Source: the human T2T-CHM13v2.0 reference genome, Homo sapiens | DNA: 64,000 nucleotides | NCBI RefSeq assembly: GCF_009914755.1 | Contig: NC_060937.1 | Strand: one strand, 5' to 3' | Translations under genes and position numbers: made by a program | Notes under the pieces: model-generated | Told to the model about the DNA's origin: nothing | The model's input: only the letters and a program-made list of their open reading frames with translations | Database searches by the model: none | Part shown: piece by piece, positions 63,874 to 64,000 of the stretch | Numbering within the stretch: the stretch's first letter is position 1 | Layout: each line of letters starts with the position of its first letter

Positions 63874-64000
63874 CTATTGGATTTCTATCAAAGAATAATA
63901 CCGGAGCTTTCAGAATTGACTCAAACATTTTGTTGTGCAAAGTTTGTGAAGAGTTAACAAGGACGTAGAATACCAATAGAGATCTTGCTATGCCAAAAAG
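63874..64000 (-). CDS. ABCC4: ABCC4/MRP4 internal coding exon (probably exon 19), 5' part outside window; TMD2 region
   Basis: Minus strand translates [42 protein letters not shown]+G, recognised as MRP4. Ends at donor ATAG|GTAAGT (phase 1). Confidence 0.97.

Overview
Human (or great-ape) genomic DNA from inside ABCC4 (MRP4), transcribed on the minus strand. Only two coding pieces are present: the 3' 127 nt of one exon at the right edge (LFGIARSLL...DRNPI-G, 63874-64000) and the next 80-nt exon ([27 protein letters not shown], 18413-18492). By recalled numbering these are exons 19 and 20. They are separated by a 45,381-bp intron, and 18.4 kb of the following intron fills the left end. The rest is intronic: about 35 Alu copies or fragments, old L1/L2/MIR pieces, MER1A, MER2, a THE1 LTR, a MER4-group LTR, microsatellites and an 11-copy 33-bp minisatellite. 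Nearly all ORFs in the supplied track are Alu or simple-repeat artefacts. I see no prokaryote-style system and cannot claim a new one. The best leads are: (1) an in-frame read-through of the 80-nt exon ending in a stop codon overlapped by AATAAA, a ready-made truncated isoform; (2) a sense-oriented LTR with an intact poly(A) signal; (3) repeat-free, motif-dense blocks resembling conserved developmental enhancers, possibly serving the neighbouring SOX21; (4) several unusual retroelement rearrangements. Repeat subfamilies and boundaries were called by eye and are approximate.
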